Below are positions 1-9,921 of a DNA stretch of 59,422 bases, in pieces. Where the stretch lies: positions 1-59,422 of the IMG/VR virus record IMGVR_UViG_3300031227_000043. One strand, given 5' to 3'. The position numbers and the translations under genes are program-made. This DNA is from a virus (lineage: Duplodnaviria; Caudoviricetes). The stretch's first letter is position 1; each line of letters opens with the position of its first letter. Under the pieces are notes generated by a model. It worked only from the letters and a program-made list of their open reading frames with translations, was not told where the DNA came from and did no database searches.

Positions 1-903
1 AAACTCATTCATCTTGGTAACACCCTCACGGGCTGCCTTCCTTATTACAGAACGCGGACCCATGGGCTCAACATTGTCCATTGGGTTATCGACGCTGAGG
101 ACCAGCTTGTATATGTCTCTGCTGTCGTCTGCTACACCAGCGTCGTCCAGCACCCTGACAACCTCATTGTTATATCGAGTGATCGCCTGTACGGTATTGG
201 TCTCCTCCTGTTGAGCTACTCTACCGCTACGTATAAAGCCCTCAAGGGCCTCAATTCGTCCGGTGAGCTTGGAGTTGATTTCATCAGGCGTATCATTGTC
301 AGGATCAATGTCCAAGGGAGTAGCTAACGGATCAGGGGCTGCATTAGGAGTCGGCTGACCTGTAGCTGTAGTAGGCTGTTGCGCAACCACCGGCTGCTGC
401 CCGGCATTGCCAAGCAGTGCATTGATGTCGCGGTCGCCTATGAGCTCTCGCAAGTCGGTGCCATCCAGTAGTGCATCCTCCAGCGCTTCGACGTCTTCAA
501 AGCCATGCTGCTGCAATATGCCAGTCATACGCTTCTCAGCCGCGCGCGCCGCTAACCACTTCGGGTCTTGATCATATGGTGCTGGTTTGGGTTCAGTAGA
601 GGTAGGGGTGCCCTCTGCGCTTGCCCCTGTGCCGGGTGGGGTGGCCGGCTGTTGCCCCGGTTGCTGACCTGGAGCACTGGCACTAGCTGCTGCCTCGGAT
701 GCTCCTGCCACTGGTACTGCTGCGCCAGGTGGGGTGCCTGCCGCGACTGCATTACCACCTTGTAAGTCTTCGGCGGAAATGAAGTCATGCCCCGCTTCGG
801 TTGTGACGGCTGGCCCATCAGGAACTACTACTGGTATAACTGGTGCCACTGCTGCTCCTGCTCCTGCTGCGCCTGCCTGTCCTGGCAACATTACGTCCGG
901 CAT
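1..903 (-). CDS. Probable capsid scaffolding protein (partial, runs off left edge)
   Basis: Not in the ORF track. ATG at 903 after RBS AGAAAGGAG, frame open to position 1. Ala/Pro/Gly-rich disordered N-half, then acidic helical region (YDQDPKWLAARAAEKR...); directly downstream of portal. Confidence 0.6.
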   Translation of the reverse strand, partial: MPDVMLPGQAGAAGAGAAVAPVIPVVVPDGPAVTTEAGHDFISAEDLQGGNAVAAGTPPGAAVPVAGASEAAASASAPGQQPGQQPATPPGTGASAEGTPTSTEPKPAPYDQDPKWLAARAAEKRMTGILQQHGFEDVEALEDALLDGTDLRELIGDRDINALLGNAGQQPVVAQQPTTATGQPTPNAAPDPLATPLDIDPDNDTPDEINSKLTGRIEALEGFIRSGRVAQQEETNTVQAITRYNNEVVRVLDDAGVADDSRDIYKLVLSVDNPMDNVEPMGPRSVIRKAAREGVTKMNEF

Positions 904-922
904 AATAGACTCCTTTCTATGT

Positions 923-973
923 GCTGCTTCAGATTGCAAGGCATATATATGTAGCCCATGGAAACTAAGCAGC
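923..973 (-). other. Imperfect long hairpin in 5' leader of scaffold gene
   Basis: GCTGCTT (923-929) and AAGCAGC (967-973) form an inverted repeat with further internal pairing, ending just before the RBS. Confidence 0.45.
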
Positions 974-994
974 TGGTTATGGTTAAGTTATTGG

Positions 995-1156
995 TTAACA
1001 TCTTGCCGCCTTCCTATTGCGGTCTCTGCGTGTTGCCTTGTGTGCTCTCAATGTCTGCCTACGAGGCCTGAGTGGTTGCCGTTTCTCTACCACGCCTCCT
1101 CTGGCATACTTGCGCTTCAATGTCGATGCTACTGCTTGTGTGTCTATGGTTGCCAT
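995..1156 (-). CDS. Small highly basic protein (53 aa)
   Basis: Manually translated: MATIDTQAVASTLKRKYARGGVVEKRQPLRPRRQTLRAHKATRRDRNRKAARC. RBS-like AGGTGA; fills the portal-scaffold gap. Confidence 0.55.
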   Translation of the reverse strand: MATIDTQAVASTLKRKYARGGVVEKRQPLRPRRQTLRAHKATRRDRNRKAARC

Positions 1157-1183
1157 ATGCCTATCACCTATTGCCTACTGCCT

Positions 1184-3433
1184 CTACCCTACCATCATAT
1201 CGCCTTCGCCACCTGCTACTTCCGGCGTATCAAAGTCTTCACCGTCTAGTCCTGTATCAGACATGCCACCAGGGCCTGCTAAGTCTTCCAGGTTCTCAGT
1301 GGGTTGGCCACCACCTGCTCCACCTGCTCCACCTGCTCCACCTTCGCCACCAGCACCCTGATCCTTACCTTTGCCCTGCAGCTCTGCCATGCGCTCTTCC
1401 ATCTCACGCTGCTTAGCTTCTAACTTGTCAGCGTGTGCCATGCGATGCGCAATCATCAACAGCTGCTGCTCCTCTGGCAACTCCTTGAACTCACGCCCAA
1501 ACAACACTCTGTCATGTGTTGCCATATGGATCTCATCAGGGTCAAGCTCGAACAGTGGATCGACATGGCCGGTGAACATCATAGCAGGCTGACCATCTTT
1601 GCCTATCATCTCCTGTCCTGTCTCTGGATTAACCACTGGCACATTGGCTACTGCAATACCCTTGACCTCCTTCTTATTGCCCTCCAACATGACGCTGTTT
1701 TCCCACTCGGCGCGCTCCTTATGTATATTGAGCTCATCCGGGAAGCCACTTAGGCCGAACCTCTTCATGAGCTCACGCTGTATCTCCGGGTGCTTAGCCG
1801 CCTCACCAAAGAACCCCAGCTCTATCAGCTTGAGTAATGCCTGTGTTCGGCCAGCATGCGTAGTGGATATGCCACTGTCCAGCTCCAGGCGCACATCATT
1901 GTTGTTGGAGAGGTCGGCGCCCAGGAATGACTTAACGTATATGGCATTGCCTTCACCCTGGACCTTGGCGTAGCGCTGCTCAGTATAGAGGCCTTGGGCC
2001 AGCACCAGGCGCTTGCGTGACATGCGTGACCAATTACGATAGAACCGCATGACGTCCGGCGTATGGGATTGTTCAGCACGCTCACTCAATATGTCAACCA
2101 TGATGCCACTGGCGCCTGAGTGCGGTGACTGACCACGTAAGATATTCTTAGGATCACCACTGGCCTCTTGCGCAGTCACTCTATGTATTGCTCTCTCTTC
2201 CAGCACCTGCGACGGATATGGTACTCCTGGCTGTATCTCCGGCTTAGCACCATGTGACAGCTGCGGGTCCCACTGCACCTGCAGTAGCTTGGACCCTGCA
2301 GACGACCTGCGCTTCAATACCAGGTCTTTAGGCGTCAACACCATGGGCCTGCCTAAGCTCTTACGGTTAGTCTGCAGGTCTTGGTCTACTTCATTGATGA
2401 TGTTCTGTGGACTAACTAAGTCATCGACACCGCCACAGGCCCAGAAGCCACCTGGCGTATAGTTGTATGGGAAGTGTGTTAGGCTATAGAACCAGGTGCC
2501 GTCATCGCCCACTGGCACTGGCATTGTCTCATTACGGGCGCATAGTTGCCCACAACATAATACGCTGTGTCTGCCCTGTGGATATGATCGGGTGGGCCTA
2601 TACTCCAGCTCCTTATAGACAACCAGGTCCTCTAGATCTTCGTCGTCGTTTAATGGCCCTGAGCTCTCTAATGCGCGGCCTTTCCATGGCGATACATTGG
2701 CTACTAACTCCATGAGTTCTCTCTGATAGACTACCTCTAATGTGTCACCAGTCTGGCCACTCGATAGCAACACCTCATGCGTATCCTGCACCCACTCTCT
2801 GGTCTTCAAGCTCTTGATACCAATGAATGACTTCTGATTAATCAGCTCACCCATGAGCGGCACCACTACGCTAAACGGTATAATATGCTCTACAATAACA
2901 TCACCTTGGTTGGCCACTATGGCGCCACTCTTCTTGCCTACGATATAGCGGCCATTGTCGGTGCCTGCCAACGTCCTGCAGAAGCCGTTGCCGGTCATGA
3001 CCATCCACATGGCCACTAACTCTTTGATATCCTCTAAGGAGTCATTGTCTGCGCTGTCCATGTCACGCAGCAGGATCTCGCCCAGTTTGGCGGCGTCCTT
3101 GTCTGATTGCTCATTGCTGTTGGGCCATACGCGAGCGGTGTAGCGCTTGTTTAAGACCAGCGCCTTCATGGTCCTGACAAAGTCCCGGATGATATTGCTG
3201 ACCGGTGTAGGCACATCAATGCTCAATGGATAACGCCGACCGAATGAGCTGGTGGACATATACCAGTCCAGCCACTGCTCACCCAGATAGTATAGGATAT
3301 TCCGATACCATGTGAGCTCTAACATGACCCTGGTGCTGTTGGGGACGTCATTGAATACGCGAGACATGTCGTCTCTGGCGGCGTTGTCGTCCCATATAGG
3401 CGCTGCTACTGCTTTGGTATTGGTGTCTGCCAT
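1184..3433 (-). CDS. Portal protein
   Basis: 749 aa, downstream of terL. Features typical of P22-like long portals (YYLGEQW, N-I-I, D-D-L-x-S-P-Q-x-x-I-N, SG-x-x-V). Gly-rich acidic tail. Confidence 0.85.
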   Translation of the reverse strand: MADTNTKAVAAPIWDDNAARDDMSRVFNDVPNSTRVMLELTWYRNILYYLGEQWLDWYMSTSSFGRRYPLSIDVPTPVSNIIRDFVRTMKALVLNKRYTARVWPNSNEQSDKDAAKLGEILLRDMDSADNDSLEDIKELVAMWMVMTGNGFCRTLAGTDNGRYIVGKKSGAIVANQGDVIVEHIIPFSVVVPLMGELINQKSFIGIKSLKTREWVQDTHEVLLSSGQTGDTLEVVYQRELMELVANVSPWKGRALESSGPLNDDEDLEDLVVYKELEYRPTRSYPQGRHSVLCCGQLCARNETMPVPVGDDGTWFYSLTHFPYNYTPGGFWACGGVDDLVSPQNIINEVDQDLQTNRKSLGRPMVLTPKDLVLKRRSSAGSKLLQVQWDPQLSHGAKPEIQPGVPYPSQVLEERAIHRVTAQEASGDPKNILRGQSPHSGASGIMVDILSERAEQSHTPDVMRFYRNWSRMSRKRLVLAQGLYTEQRYAKVQGEGNAIYVKSFLGADLSNNNDVRLELDSGISTTHAGRTQALLKLIELGFFGEAAKHPEIQRELMKRFGLSGFPDELNIHKERAEWENSVMLEGNKKEVKGIAVANVPVVNPETGQEMIGKDGQPAMMFTGHVDPLFELDPDEIHMATHDRVLFGREFKELPEEQQLLMIAHRMAHADKLEAKQREMEERMAELQGKGKDQGAGGEGGAGGAGGAGGGQPTENLEDLAGPGGMSDTGLDGEDFDTPEVAGGEGDMMVG

Positions 3434-3448
3434 TGCTGCTCCTTATCA

Positions 3449-3760
3449 TTACCCTACAGCCATATGTGGTCCTGTCTTGTCTGCTGCCTTATCAACCAGG
3501 GACTGCTCCATCTTACCTGCCGCTATGGCCAGCTCATTCTCTACCCTGGTGCGCTTCAGGTCCAGCTTATGGTCCCTGGTCAGCTCATGGTACTCATGAG
3601 CATTCTTGGCTATGAGCGCTGCACTGAGCTGCTTGACCACGCGGTCATGCCTGAGCCTGTCGAGGTAGCCCGCCACACCCTGATAGATCACGACCACTAC
3701 CAGTATGATGAGTGGCACTACCTTATAGATGTTGTCCATTGTTGATGTGTCCATTGCCAT
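3449..3760 (-). CDS. Hypothetical protein with N-terminal TM helix
   Basis: RBS GGGAGG; hydrophobic stretch VVPLIILVVVVIY; in-operon. Confidence 0.7.
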   Translation of the reverse strand: MAMDTSTMDNIYKVVPLIILVVVVIYQGVAGYLDRLRHDRVVKQLSAALIAKNAHEYHELTRDHKLDLKRTRVENELAIAAGKMEQSLVDKAADKTGPHMAVG

Positions 3761-3797
3761 TACCTCCCGGTCACTGCTTAGTGTTAATGCCTAGGCC

Positions 3798-4016
3798 CTA
3801 GTCATCCTTCATTGCATCACGCATTGCCATACGCCTGCGCTGACTGGTCTTGATATAGCCGGTCGCTGCAGACTTACTGCGCTTATTAGCAGCCGCCTGC
3901 TGCCTATCCTTACGCTCGGTAGCCTCACGCTGCTTGGCCTTTGCCTCATCCTTGGCCTTCTTGCTCGCATTGCGCCGTCTCATCACACCTTTCCAGAACT
4001 TGATAGTGTCGCCCAT
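3798..4016 (-). CDS. Small Lys/Arg-rich protein
   Basis: RBS AAGGAGA overlapping the terL stop; in-operon. Confidence 0.65.
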   Translation of the reverse strand: MGDTIKFWKGVMRRRNASKKAKDEAKAKQREATERKDRQQAAANKRSKSAATGYIKTSQRRRMAMRDAMKDD

Positions 4017-4027
4017 GGTTATCTCCT

Positions 4028-5692
4028 TTAATTCATTAGATCATCTGTGTCTTCCAGGTGCTGCAGCATCCATTCGCCTATGTCCATCTCGCTCATGCCA
4101 TCTATGTCACTGGCTGACTTGAGTGCCAGCATCATGGCAGTGTGTTCATCCATGGCCATACGTGACGCTGTATCCAGCTTGGACCTATGCGCCTTGGCCT
4201 TGGCTGCTGAAGCTGCTGCGTCCAGTGTATCTTCAGTGACGCCCACTGGCCGGGCCATGCATATGTGACAGGATTCATCAAACGGGTGCAGCTCTTGGCC
4301 AGGCTCCAGGTACTCGGCAGTCAGCTCATCTACACATAGGTCAGGTATGATACGAATGAATTGGCGACAGGTCTTATAGACTACCAGCATAGGCAGCTCA
4401 TTGAGGTCTTCAGGTACATCCAGCCTAGTGCGGAACTGCCTTATCTTGAGTGTCTGGCTAGGATCTCCTCTGTACATTTCGAGGCTGGCATGCTTGCCAT
4501 AGCGCTGCCTGACATCTTCTCTATCAGTGTATGTAGTGAACTCCTCAGCAGTGCTTGGTCCCTGGCCGCCACCTTTATAGTCTGGCTTCTTGCTCCAGCA
4601 GTCAGGTCCTGCATATCTGAGTACGCTACCACTGTCTAAGCCCATGGCCTTCTCACGCTCTAGTATGCCCTCAGCTAATTGCGGATCAGTGAGGCGTAGG
4701 CCTACGTTAGGCGTGACCTTGTTCCAGCCGTACCATTCGGCAAACCTATATACACGGTTATCGCCATCCACCCACCACCAGCCTATGCTGAATGGCGCAC
4801 CATAGCCCCAGTCAAATGTCATGTATACTGGCGCATGATCAGGTATGGGCCATATGGGCTCTATGATGTGGCGGCTGGTGAACTTGAATGCCTGGCCCAC
4901 GAACACATTCCAGAGCCCCATCAACCATGCTGCACGTAGGTTGGGGTCCTTAATAGACTCCAGGCGCTTACGATATCCTGGGTCCATCTGCTCTAGAATC
5001 TGGTTGTCGGCTAAGGTAGATCGTATAAATGTACGGGTGCTGCCATCCGGTAGCGTGTGGACTTCACTCTCAGCTACAGGTGACTCACCACCATCAACCA
5101 TTGGGATATACATGACCTTGATCTGAGAGGAGCCAGCACCACCAGGGTTGCCGGTTAAGAACATATGGCAGGGGACGCCATGAGGTGAGCGGAGGCAACC
5201 TTTAAGCAGATCGACTAGTGGCCCTATGAATGGTATTGCGGGTGCTTCATCTATAGTGATCTCAGTGAACTGCTGGCCTTGGTAATCTTCAGCCTGCTTG
5301 AGCATATGGATGGCGGCTAACACCAGTACAGCGCCATTCTCCCAGCGCACGTAATTGACCTGGTTCTCGCCACCTATACGTTCGGCAGCCATGCCACTGG
5401 ATATCATCTCATCTATGCGGCGCCTAACCTCGGCCAGGTCCTTATATTTGCGGCGTATCAATAGGCCATTCCAGCATGAGCCATAGCGCTCGGCACCTGC
5501 AACATGCCTACCTAATGCAGCATCAGTCTTGCCGCCGCCTCGTGTGCCACCGAAGAATGTCTCATCACATGGACATATAGCAGCGGCAACTTGAGGCCCT
5601 TCTTGAGGTAGCCAGACCACTGCTGAAGTATATGGTTGCTCCAGCGATGTCACTGCTGTATTGGCGCCACCATTAGATGGTTGGAAAGTCAT
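4028..5692 (-). CDS. terL: Terminase large subunit
   Basis: Walker A GGTRGGGKT, Walker B ITIDEA, TGNPGG coupling motif, RNase-H-like FDWGY and D-E-S-C. Start set at ATG 5692 after RBS GGAGGAGG. Confidence 0.95.
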   Translation of the reverse strand: MTFQPSNGGANTAVTSLEQPYTSAVVWLPQEGPQVAAAICPCDETFFGGTRGGGKTDAALGRHVAGAERYGSCWNGLLIRRKYKDLAEVRRRIDEMISSGMAAERIGGENQVNYVRWENGAVLVLAAIHMLKQAEDYQGQQFTEITIDEAPAIPFIGPLVDLLKGCLRSPHGVPCHMFLTGNPGGAGSSQIKVMYIPMVDGGESPVAESEVHTLPDGSTRTFIRSTLADNQILEQMDPGYRKRLESIKDPNLRAAWLMGLWNVFVGQAFKFTSRHIIEPIWPIPDHAPVYMTFDWGYGAPFSIGWWWVDGDNRVYRFAEWYGWNKVTPNVGLRLTDPQLAEGILEREKAMGLDSGSVLRYAGPDCWSKKPDYKGGGQGPSTAEEFTTYTDREDVRQRYGKHASLEMYRGDPSQTLKIRQFRTRLDVPEDLNELPMLVVYKTCRQFIRIIPDLCVDELTAEYLEPGQELHPFDESCHICMARPVGVTEDTLDAAASAAKAKAHRSKLDTASRMAMDEHTAMMLALKSASDIDGMSEMDIGEWMLQHLEDTDDLMN

Positions 5693-6233
5693 CAGTGCCG
5701 TCCTCCTCCAGCTCCAACAGTCGGACATTGTCTAACATAGCGGCCTTGGCCTGTTCAGGATTGCTAACTACCTCAGCCTGTTGCACCCTGCGTCTCTCTT
5801 TGGCCTCCTTAACTTGCGCTTCCCACTCAGCTACAGTGTCTGGCATCTTAGGATATGCAACACCCAAACCTAAGCTGCCGTATAGGTCAACGCCTACAGG
5901 CTGCCCAGCAACACCGCCTACATTAACAGTGGACTCTCTGCCATAACCTCTGGCCTTGCCTTGGCGCTCCAGATAGAACTTGATGTCGGGTGAGCTGCCA
6001 CCATTTATATTGTCCTGTAGGCGGCATTCAGCGTTATCCAATCGCGCCTCATGCAGCCAGTTAACTTTGGTATGGAATTCGTTGTCAGCCTTGAGCCATT
6101 TATAATACCACTGACGACATACGCCAATGGTATTACATGCTTCAGATATGTGGCCACCGTTGGAGCCCAGTACCAGCAAAAACAGCTCTTTGCGCTCGGC
6201 AGCAGACAGCTCTATTTGGTGTGCGTTGGGCAT
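5673..6233 (-). CDS. terS: Terminase small subunit
   Basis: N-terminal HTH (GHISEACNTIGVCRQWYYKW) and IKFYLERQGKARGY motif; immediately upstream of terL. Confidence 0.8.
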   Translation of the reverse strand: MPNAHQIELSAAERKELFLLVLGSNGGHISEACNTIGVCRQWYYKWLKADNEFHTKVNWLHEARLDNAECRLQDNINGGSSPDIKFYLERQGKARGYGRESTVNVGGVAGQPVGVDLYGSLGLGVAYPKMPDTVAEWEAQVKEAKERRRVQQAEVVSNPEQAKAAMLDNVRLLELEEDGTDDFPTI

Positions 6234-6287
6234 GTGATATAGGAATCTCCTATAGCTGATATTGGTAAATCCGATAGTATGTTGATC

Positions 6288-6317
6288 AATGTAAACTACC
6301 ACACATGGGGTTGTCAA
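6288..6317 (-). promoter_or_regulatory. sigma70-type promoter for the packaging/head operon
   Basis: TTGACA-18 bp-TACATT on the minus strand. Confidence 0.6.
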
Positions 6318-6490
6318 GAGGTAAATGTAAATGAGGAGCTACAGTGCGTTGGTAGGATGACATGGTAATAGTGAATAGTGGCACAATATCAGTAGGTTGC
6401 AGCTATCGGAAATTACGATATCAGGTATCGGATTAGCCTATATGTTAGCTATAGTGGGTAGGATTATGGCATAGTATGGTAAGATAGCCA

Positions 6491-6530
6491 GAGACAGGGA
6501 GACAGGGAGACACAGAGACAGGGAGACAGG
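6491..6530 (+). repeat. Five tandem 8-bp units GAGACA(GG/CA)
   Basis: GAGACAGG GAGACAGG GAGACACA GAGACAGG GAGACAGG in non-coding DNA. Confidence 0.9.
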
Positions 6531-6624
6531 ATATATGAGGAGGTGATAAGTGGTAGGAGGCCGTGGGTAAATGGTTAGTGGTAGCAGTGAGTTACAAACT
6601 AAATGACGTGACCGATAATAATGG

Positions 6625-6654
6625 TTGACAAGGCAATATCAGAGATGATAGCAT
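6625..6654 (+). promoter_or_regulatory. sigma70-type early promoter
   Basis: TTGACA-18 bp-TAGCAT with extended -10 TG. Confidence 0.65.
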
Positions 6655-6717
6655 CGCGGTGGCAGTTCGGCAGGCAGGCTGCAGACGGCAGTCACAGCAA
6701 ACAAGGAGGGCAGCGAG

Positions 6718-6981
6718 ATGCAATTAATTGAAGAGACAGTCAAGACACGAATCAAGGTGGTACTGGCAAAGACAGAGCGCCTCAACCACCATGCATTGAA
6801 GGAGGTCCTGGAGCAGGTTGCATGGGTAGAGACAGTAGAGCCCTGGGCATACTGCATAGTGCTGACCTGTCCGGCCATAGTGTACTCAGGGCAATGGGTA
6901 GAGGACAAGAAGCTGGACCTGGCTGCAAAGATAGAGGCTATTCTGGTGTCAGGGCAGCCTCCGGTAAAGAGGGAGCGCTGA
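6718..6981 (+). CDS. Early hypothetical protein
   Basis: RBS AAGGAGG; first ORF after the promoter. Confidence 0.75.
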   Translation: MQLIEETVKTRIKVVLAKTERLNHHALKEVLEQVAWVETVEPWAYCIVLTCPAIVYSGQWVEDKKLDLAAKIEAILVSGQPPVKRER

Positions 6982-7097
6982 CACGGCCTGCAGATACGAA
7001 GAAGAGACATACGAGCGGACTGGCCAGGTGACTGAATGTGGTTGCCCGACCTGTCCCTATAAGAACCTGGAGGATTGCAAGGAGGAGGAGATAGCTA

Positions 7098-7322
7098 ATG
7101 GCTAATCAGCAAATGGTAGTGAGAGACCTCATGAAGCGCGACTGGAAGTTTGCCAGCAGGTTCGAGGGGCGAGATGACACAGGCGACATGGAGGTGTGTG
7201 AGGTGCTGACCAAGAAGCCGACCAAATACACGACGCATATGGTAGAGGTGGATGGCAAAGGTAGATGCAATGGCATGGGTTATGAGGCATTCATTGAGAC
7301 AGGATTTGGAGAGGAGGCATAG
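7098..7322 (+). CDS. Early hypothetical protein
   Basis: RBS GGAGGAG; tightly packed. Confidence 0.75.
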   Translation: MANQQMVVRDLMKRDWKFASRFEGRDDTGDMEVCEVLTKKPTKYTTHMVEVDGKGRCNGMGYEAFIETGFGEEA

Positions 7323-7325
7323 GCT

Positions 7326-7550
7326 ATGGCAGGCGCAGCAAAAACAGAGCGGCAGGATGAGATCAGGCAGCAGATAAAGGATGGCTGCAGGGAGAGAGCC
7401 AGAGTCATGGCAAGTGGCGAGCTGGAGCAGCTGCGAGAGCGCATAGACCACCCGGAGGATATAGTTGCGCATGCTATAGCGTTTATAGCGGTCAACTCCA
7501 GGCTGACTGACGCAGAGATAAATGGAGAGGATGGGTTACTGGATTTCTAA
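7326..7550 (+). CDS. Early hypothetical protein
   Basis: RBS GAGGAGG. Confidence 0.75.
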   Translation: MAGAAKTERQDEIRQQIKDGCRERARVMASGELEQLRERIDHPEDIVAHAIAFIAVNSRLTDAEINGEDGLLDF

Positions 7551-7570
7551 GAGGTAGGGGGCAATAGGTA

Positions 7571-7783
7571 ATGGCAATGATATTTAAAAAGGGTGACTAT
7601 GTTTATTATCATTCAGTGAAATATGGAACCATACCAGCAGTAGTTCGAGCGGTGGGAAAAGATGACAGTAAAAACCGTGACAGCATTTGGATAAAGGGCG
7701 AGTCCCCCACAAACTCAGGATTCATAAACGCATGGGTGGGTGAGACCAGCGTTGAGCTTCAAGAGGAAGGAGGCAATAGGTAA
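7571..7783 (+). CDS. Early protein, SH3/KOW-like
   Basis: FKKGDYVYY N-terminus and beta-rich pattern. Confidence 0.65.
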   Translation: MAMIFKKGDYVYYHSVKYGTIPAVVRAVGKDDSKNRDSIWIKGESPTNSGFINAWVGETSVELQEEGGNR

Positions 7784-8010
7784 TGCAATACCAGTATATA
7801 TCAGCGAAGACAGGCGAGAGCTACACCATAAAGATCAGCAGAGGTGGGCACTATACCGCACTGCAGATATATAATTTCGGAGAGGGTCAGGCGCCGGTGT
7901 ATGAGAATAGGTATTTGCCGGTGCTGCCGACTCAGATAGCGGCAGAGGACAATGCAGCAAGGGTGGCGGCAGCAGTAATAGAGGGAATAGGAGAGGGGTA
8001 TAGGGTATGA
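7783..8010 (+). CDS. Early hypothetical protein
   Basis: TAATG coupling; RBS AGGAGG. Confidence 0.7.
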   Translation: MQYQYISAKTGESYTIKISRGGHYTALQIYNFGEGQAPVYENRYLPVLPTQIAAEDNAARVAAAVIEGIGEGYRV

Positions 8011-8183
8011 CATTAGACAGATTCATAGAGCTGAACAGGAGCACGTTGGATGCTGCTATTGCGCGGGCAGTGAGCATGGACAGCAATCCATATCCGACTG
8101 ATGAGGAGCGCAGGTTGTGGGTGCTGAACGACCAGGCACTGTATAATTGGGCAATGGCAGAAGGCGTTGACTTATTTGAATAG
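8007..8183 (+). CDS. Small early protein (58 aa)
   Basis: Manual translation MTLDRFIELNR...EERRLWVLNDQALYNWAMAEGVDLFE; ATGA overlap; below the ORF-track cutoff. Confidence 0.7.
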   Translation: MTLDRFIELNRSTLDAAIARAVSMDSNPYPTDEERRLWVLNDQALYNWAMAEGVDLFE

Positions 8184-8207
8184 GCAGCAGGAATAGGAAG
8201 GAGGTAA

Positions 8208-8720
8208 ATGGTGATGGCAGAGAACACAGATGAGGACAAGACTTTGACACAGATGATCAAGGGCATGGTAGGGCGGGCCATGGGGGCCAGGACGCTGTCA
8301 ATAGTGGCATTGGCAGCACAGGCTGGACATGACGCTGGTGAGTTTGCGGGGCGCAAGGCTGGCATAGTAGCAGGACGCAACATGGTAGAGGAAGCACGGC
8401 CAGGGCTGAAGGCGGCGGCGGTGAGGGCTGGTCAATTTGCTGGTGAGGTAGCAGGACACGATGCTGGACTCAAGGCTGGATATGAGGCAGGACACCAGGC
8501 AGCTATGACAGAGATAACAGGCCTTAACCCGGATAAGGAGCCTGGGCCGCCTGCACGGAGATGTGTAGCATGGGAGCCGTGGGAGAAAGAGCAGCTGATC
8601 AGGGAGTTAAACCATGCCATGGCTGGTATAGCACTGGCGCACGAGCGAACGATGGATGCCATATGGGCACAGGCAGTGACAGTGACGCATAGAGAGGAGG
8701 TAGACCGATGGCGGGCATAG
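8208..8720 (+). CDS. Protein with AGxx repeats and C-terminal Myb/HTH-like motif
   Basis: RBS AAGGAGG; AGHDAGEFAGRKAGIVAG repeats; W-x3-E...IA-x2-H-x-RT-x2-AI motif. Confidence 0.7.
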   Translation: MVMAENTDEDKTLTQMIKGMVGRAMGARTLSIVALAAQAGHDAGEFAGRKAGIVAGRNMVEEARPGLKAAAVRAGQFAGEVAGHDAGLKAGYEAGHQAAMTEITGLNPDKEPGPPARRCVAWEPWEKEQLIRELNHAMAGIALAHERTMDAIWAQAVTVTHREEVDRWRA

Positions 8721-8887
8721 ACGTAGGCAAGATCATTGAGTATGAGGGTGGCGAGATGGATGACGCTGAAGCAGTGGCCATGTTCCAGGAGATGATCAAT
8801 GACGGTACAGTGTGGCAGCTGCAGGGGAGTTATGGCCGGACAGCTCAGGCATTGATTGCTGGTGGGATATGTAAGGAGGCGACATAA
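8708..8887 (+). CDS. Small early protein (59 aa)
   Basis: Manual translation MAGIDVGKIIEYEGGEM...FQEMINDGTVWQLQGSYGRTAQALIAGG; RBS GAGGAGG. Confidence 0.75.
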   Translation: MAGIDVGKIIEYEGGEMDDAEAVAMFQEMINDGTVWQLQGSYGRTAQALIAGGICKEAT

Positions 8888-8888
8888 C

Positions 8889-9200
8889 ATGGCAATGGAT
8901 AAACAGAGGATGCAATTAGTAGAGTGGCATTACCAAAAGGCTGCTGACTTGGCCCTGGAGCAGGTTGAGATAGAGGCCAAGAAGATCCTGAAGCGGCACC
9001 CACATCTAGGAGAGTATATAATGGCTATGGGGTCTTGGTTCTTTACAGACAAGGCTGGAGAGATCGCAATAGACAACTCTTCTGACTTTAAGTATCTGGA
9101 GCCACTGCAGCAGTTAATGGCCGACTGGGACAGAACCTTTGGGCTAACTGGTAGTCCAATGAGGTTTACAGCAACAGGTGAGAAGGTAACCGACTGGTAG
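8889..9200 (+). CDS. Early hypothetical protein
   Basis: RBS AAGGAGG; start ATG 8889. Confidence 0.7.
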   Translation: MAMDKQRMQLVEWHYQKAADLALEQVEIEAKKILKRHPHLGEYIMAMGSWFFTDKAGEIAIDNSSDFKYLEPLQQLMADWDRTFGLTGSPMRFTATGEKVTDW

Positions 9201-9221
9201 CAGATAAGGAGGATACAGGAC

Positions 9222-9431
9222 ATGAGAAAGCCGTTTAGTTTTGATGATCGCAGTGATAGAGAGTGTCGCGCAACAGGATGCCGCAACCATATCAAGAAGA
9301 ATGTGCTGGCCAGGAACCCGGATGCCGTATTGTGTTTTCCGTGTCAGGTGGCTGAGGACAGGAAGATCAATGGTGGCAGGCATAACGCATGGGTGAGGCA
9401 TAGGGCAGTAGGTGACAGGCAGGATAGCTAA
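9222..9431 (+). CDS. Small putative Zn-binding protein
   Basis: C-x4-C and C-x2-C; RBS AAGGAGG. Confidence 0.65.
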   Translation: MRKPFSFDDRSDRECRATGCRNHIKKNVLARNPDAVLCFPCQVAEDRKINGGRHNAWVRHRAVGDRQDS

Positions 9432-9483
9432 TAGCCAGCAGGGATGACAGATAGCCAGAGATGACAGGAGGAGGATAACTAAT

Positions 9484-9879
9484 ATGCTAACAAAAGAAGA
9501 AATAGCTGAATTGGAGGAGTTTACCACTGAGGCACAGAAGAGGGCTGAGCTGGTAGAGGGTGGTGGCAAGTCCGGGCCTACTGAGCTGGAGCGCTCCAAG
9601 TGTTTGGTGGCAATAAACACCATACTGCTCAGAGACGACCTGTTTGCCGGGATGATTGTGCCGTCAGTGGATCTGTATGCTGAGGCGTGCAGTACTGGTG
9701 ATCGCTATGTGGTGTCCAGTATATGTGCGCTGTGGACGATGCAGCTGCGTACATTGAGGGAGGCGGCAGTGAGTCCGCAGGTGCTGGGCCAGATAGTTAG
9801 AGCCATACAGGCAGCAGAGGCAGAGGGTGCAATGAGAGCGCAGGGCAGTGGCAGTGGCGACAAGGAGGTAGAGAGCTAA
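9484..9879 (+). CDS. Early hypothetical protein
   Basis: RBS GGAGGAGG. Confidence 0.75.
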   Translation: MLTKEEIAELEEFTTEAQKRAELVEGGGKSGPTELERSKCLVAINTILLRDDLFAGMIVPSVDLYAEACSTGDRYVVSSICALWTMQLRTLREAAVSPQVLGQIVRAIQAAEAEGAMRAQGSGSGDKEVES

Positions 9880-9921
9880 TGACTATACTAAAGAGGCAGC
9901 AAACTAAAGGAGGCAAATAAC

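Noticed and set aside
1313-1345. CCACCTGCT repeats in portal, and AK repeats at ~31185-31230
   Set aside because: Ordinary low-complexity protein linkers.
6979-6990. UGACACGGCC, matching the start of the E. coli fdhF SECIS region
   Set aside because: No matching upper stem, and the frame meets another stop soon after.
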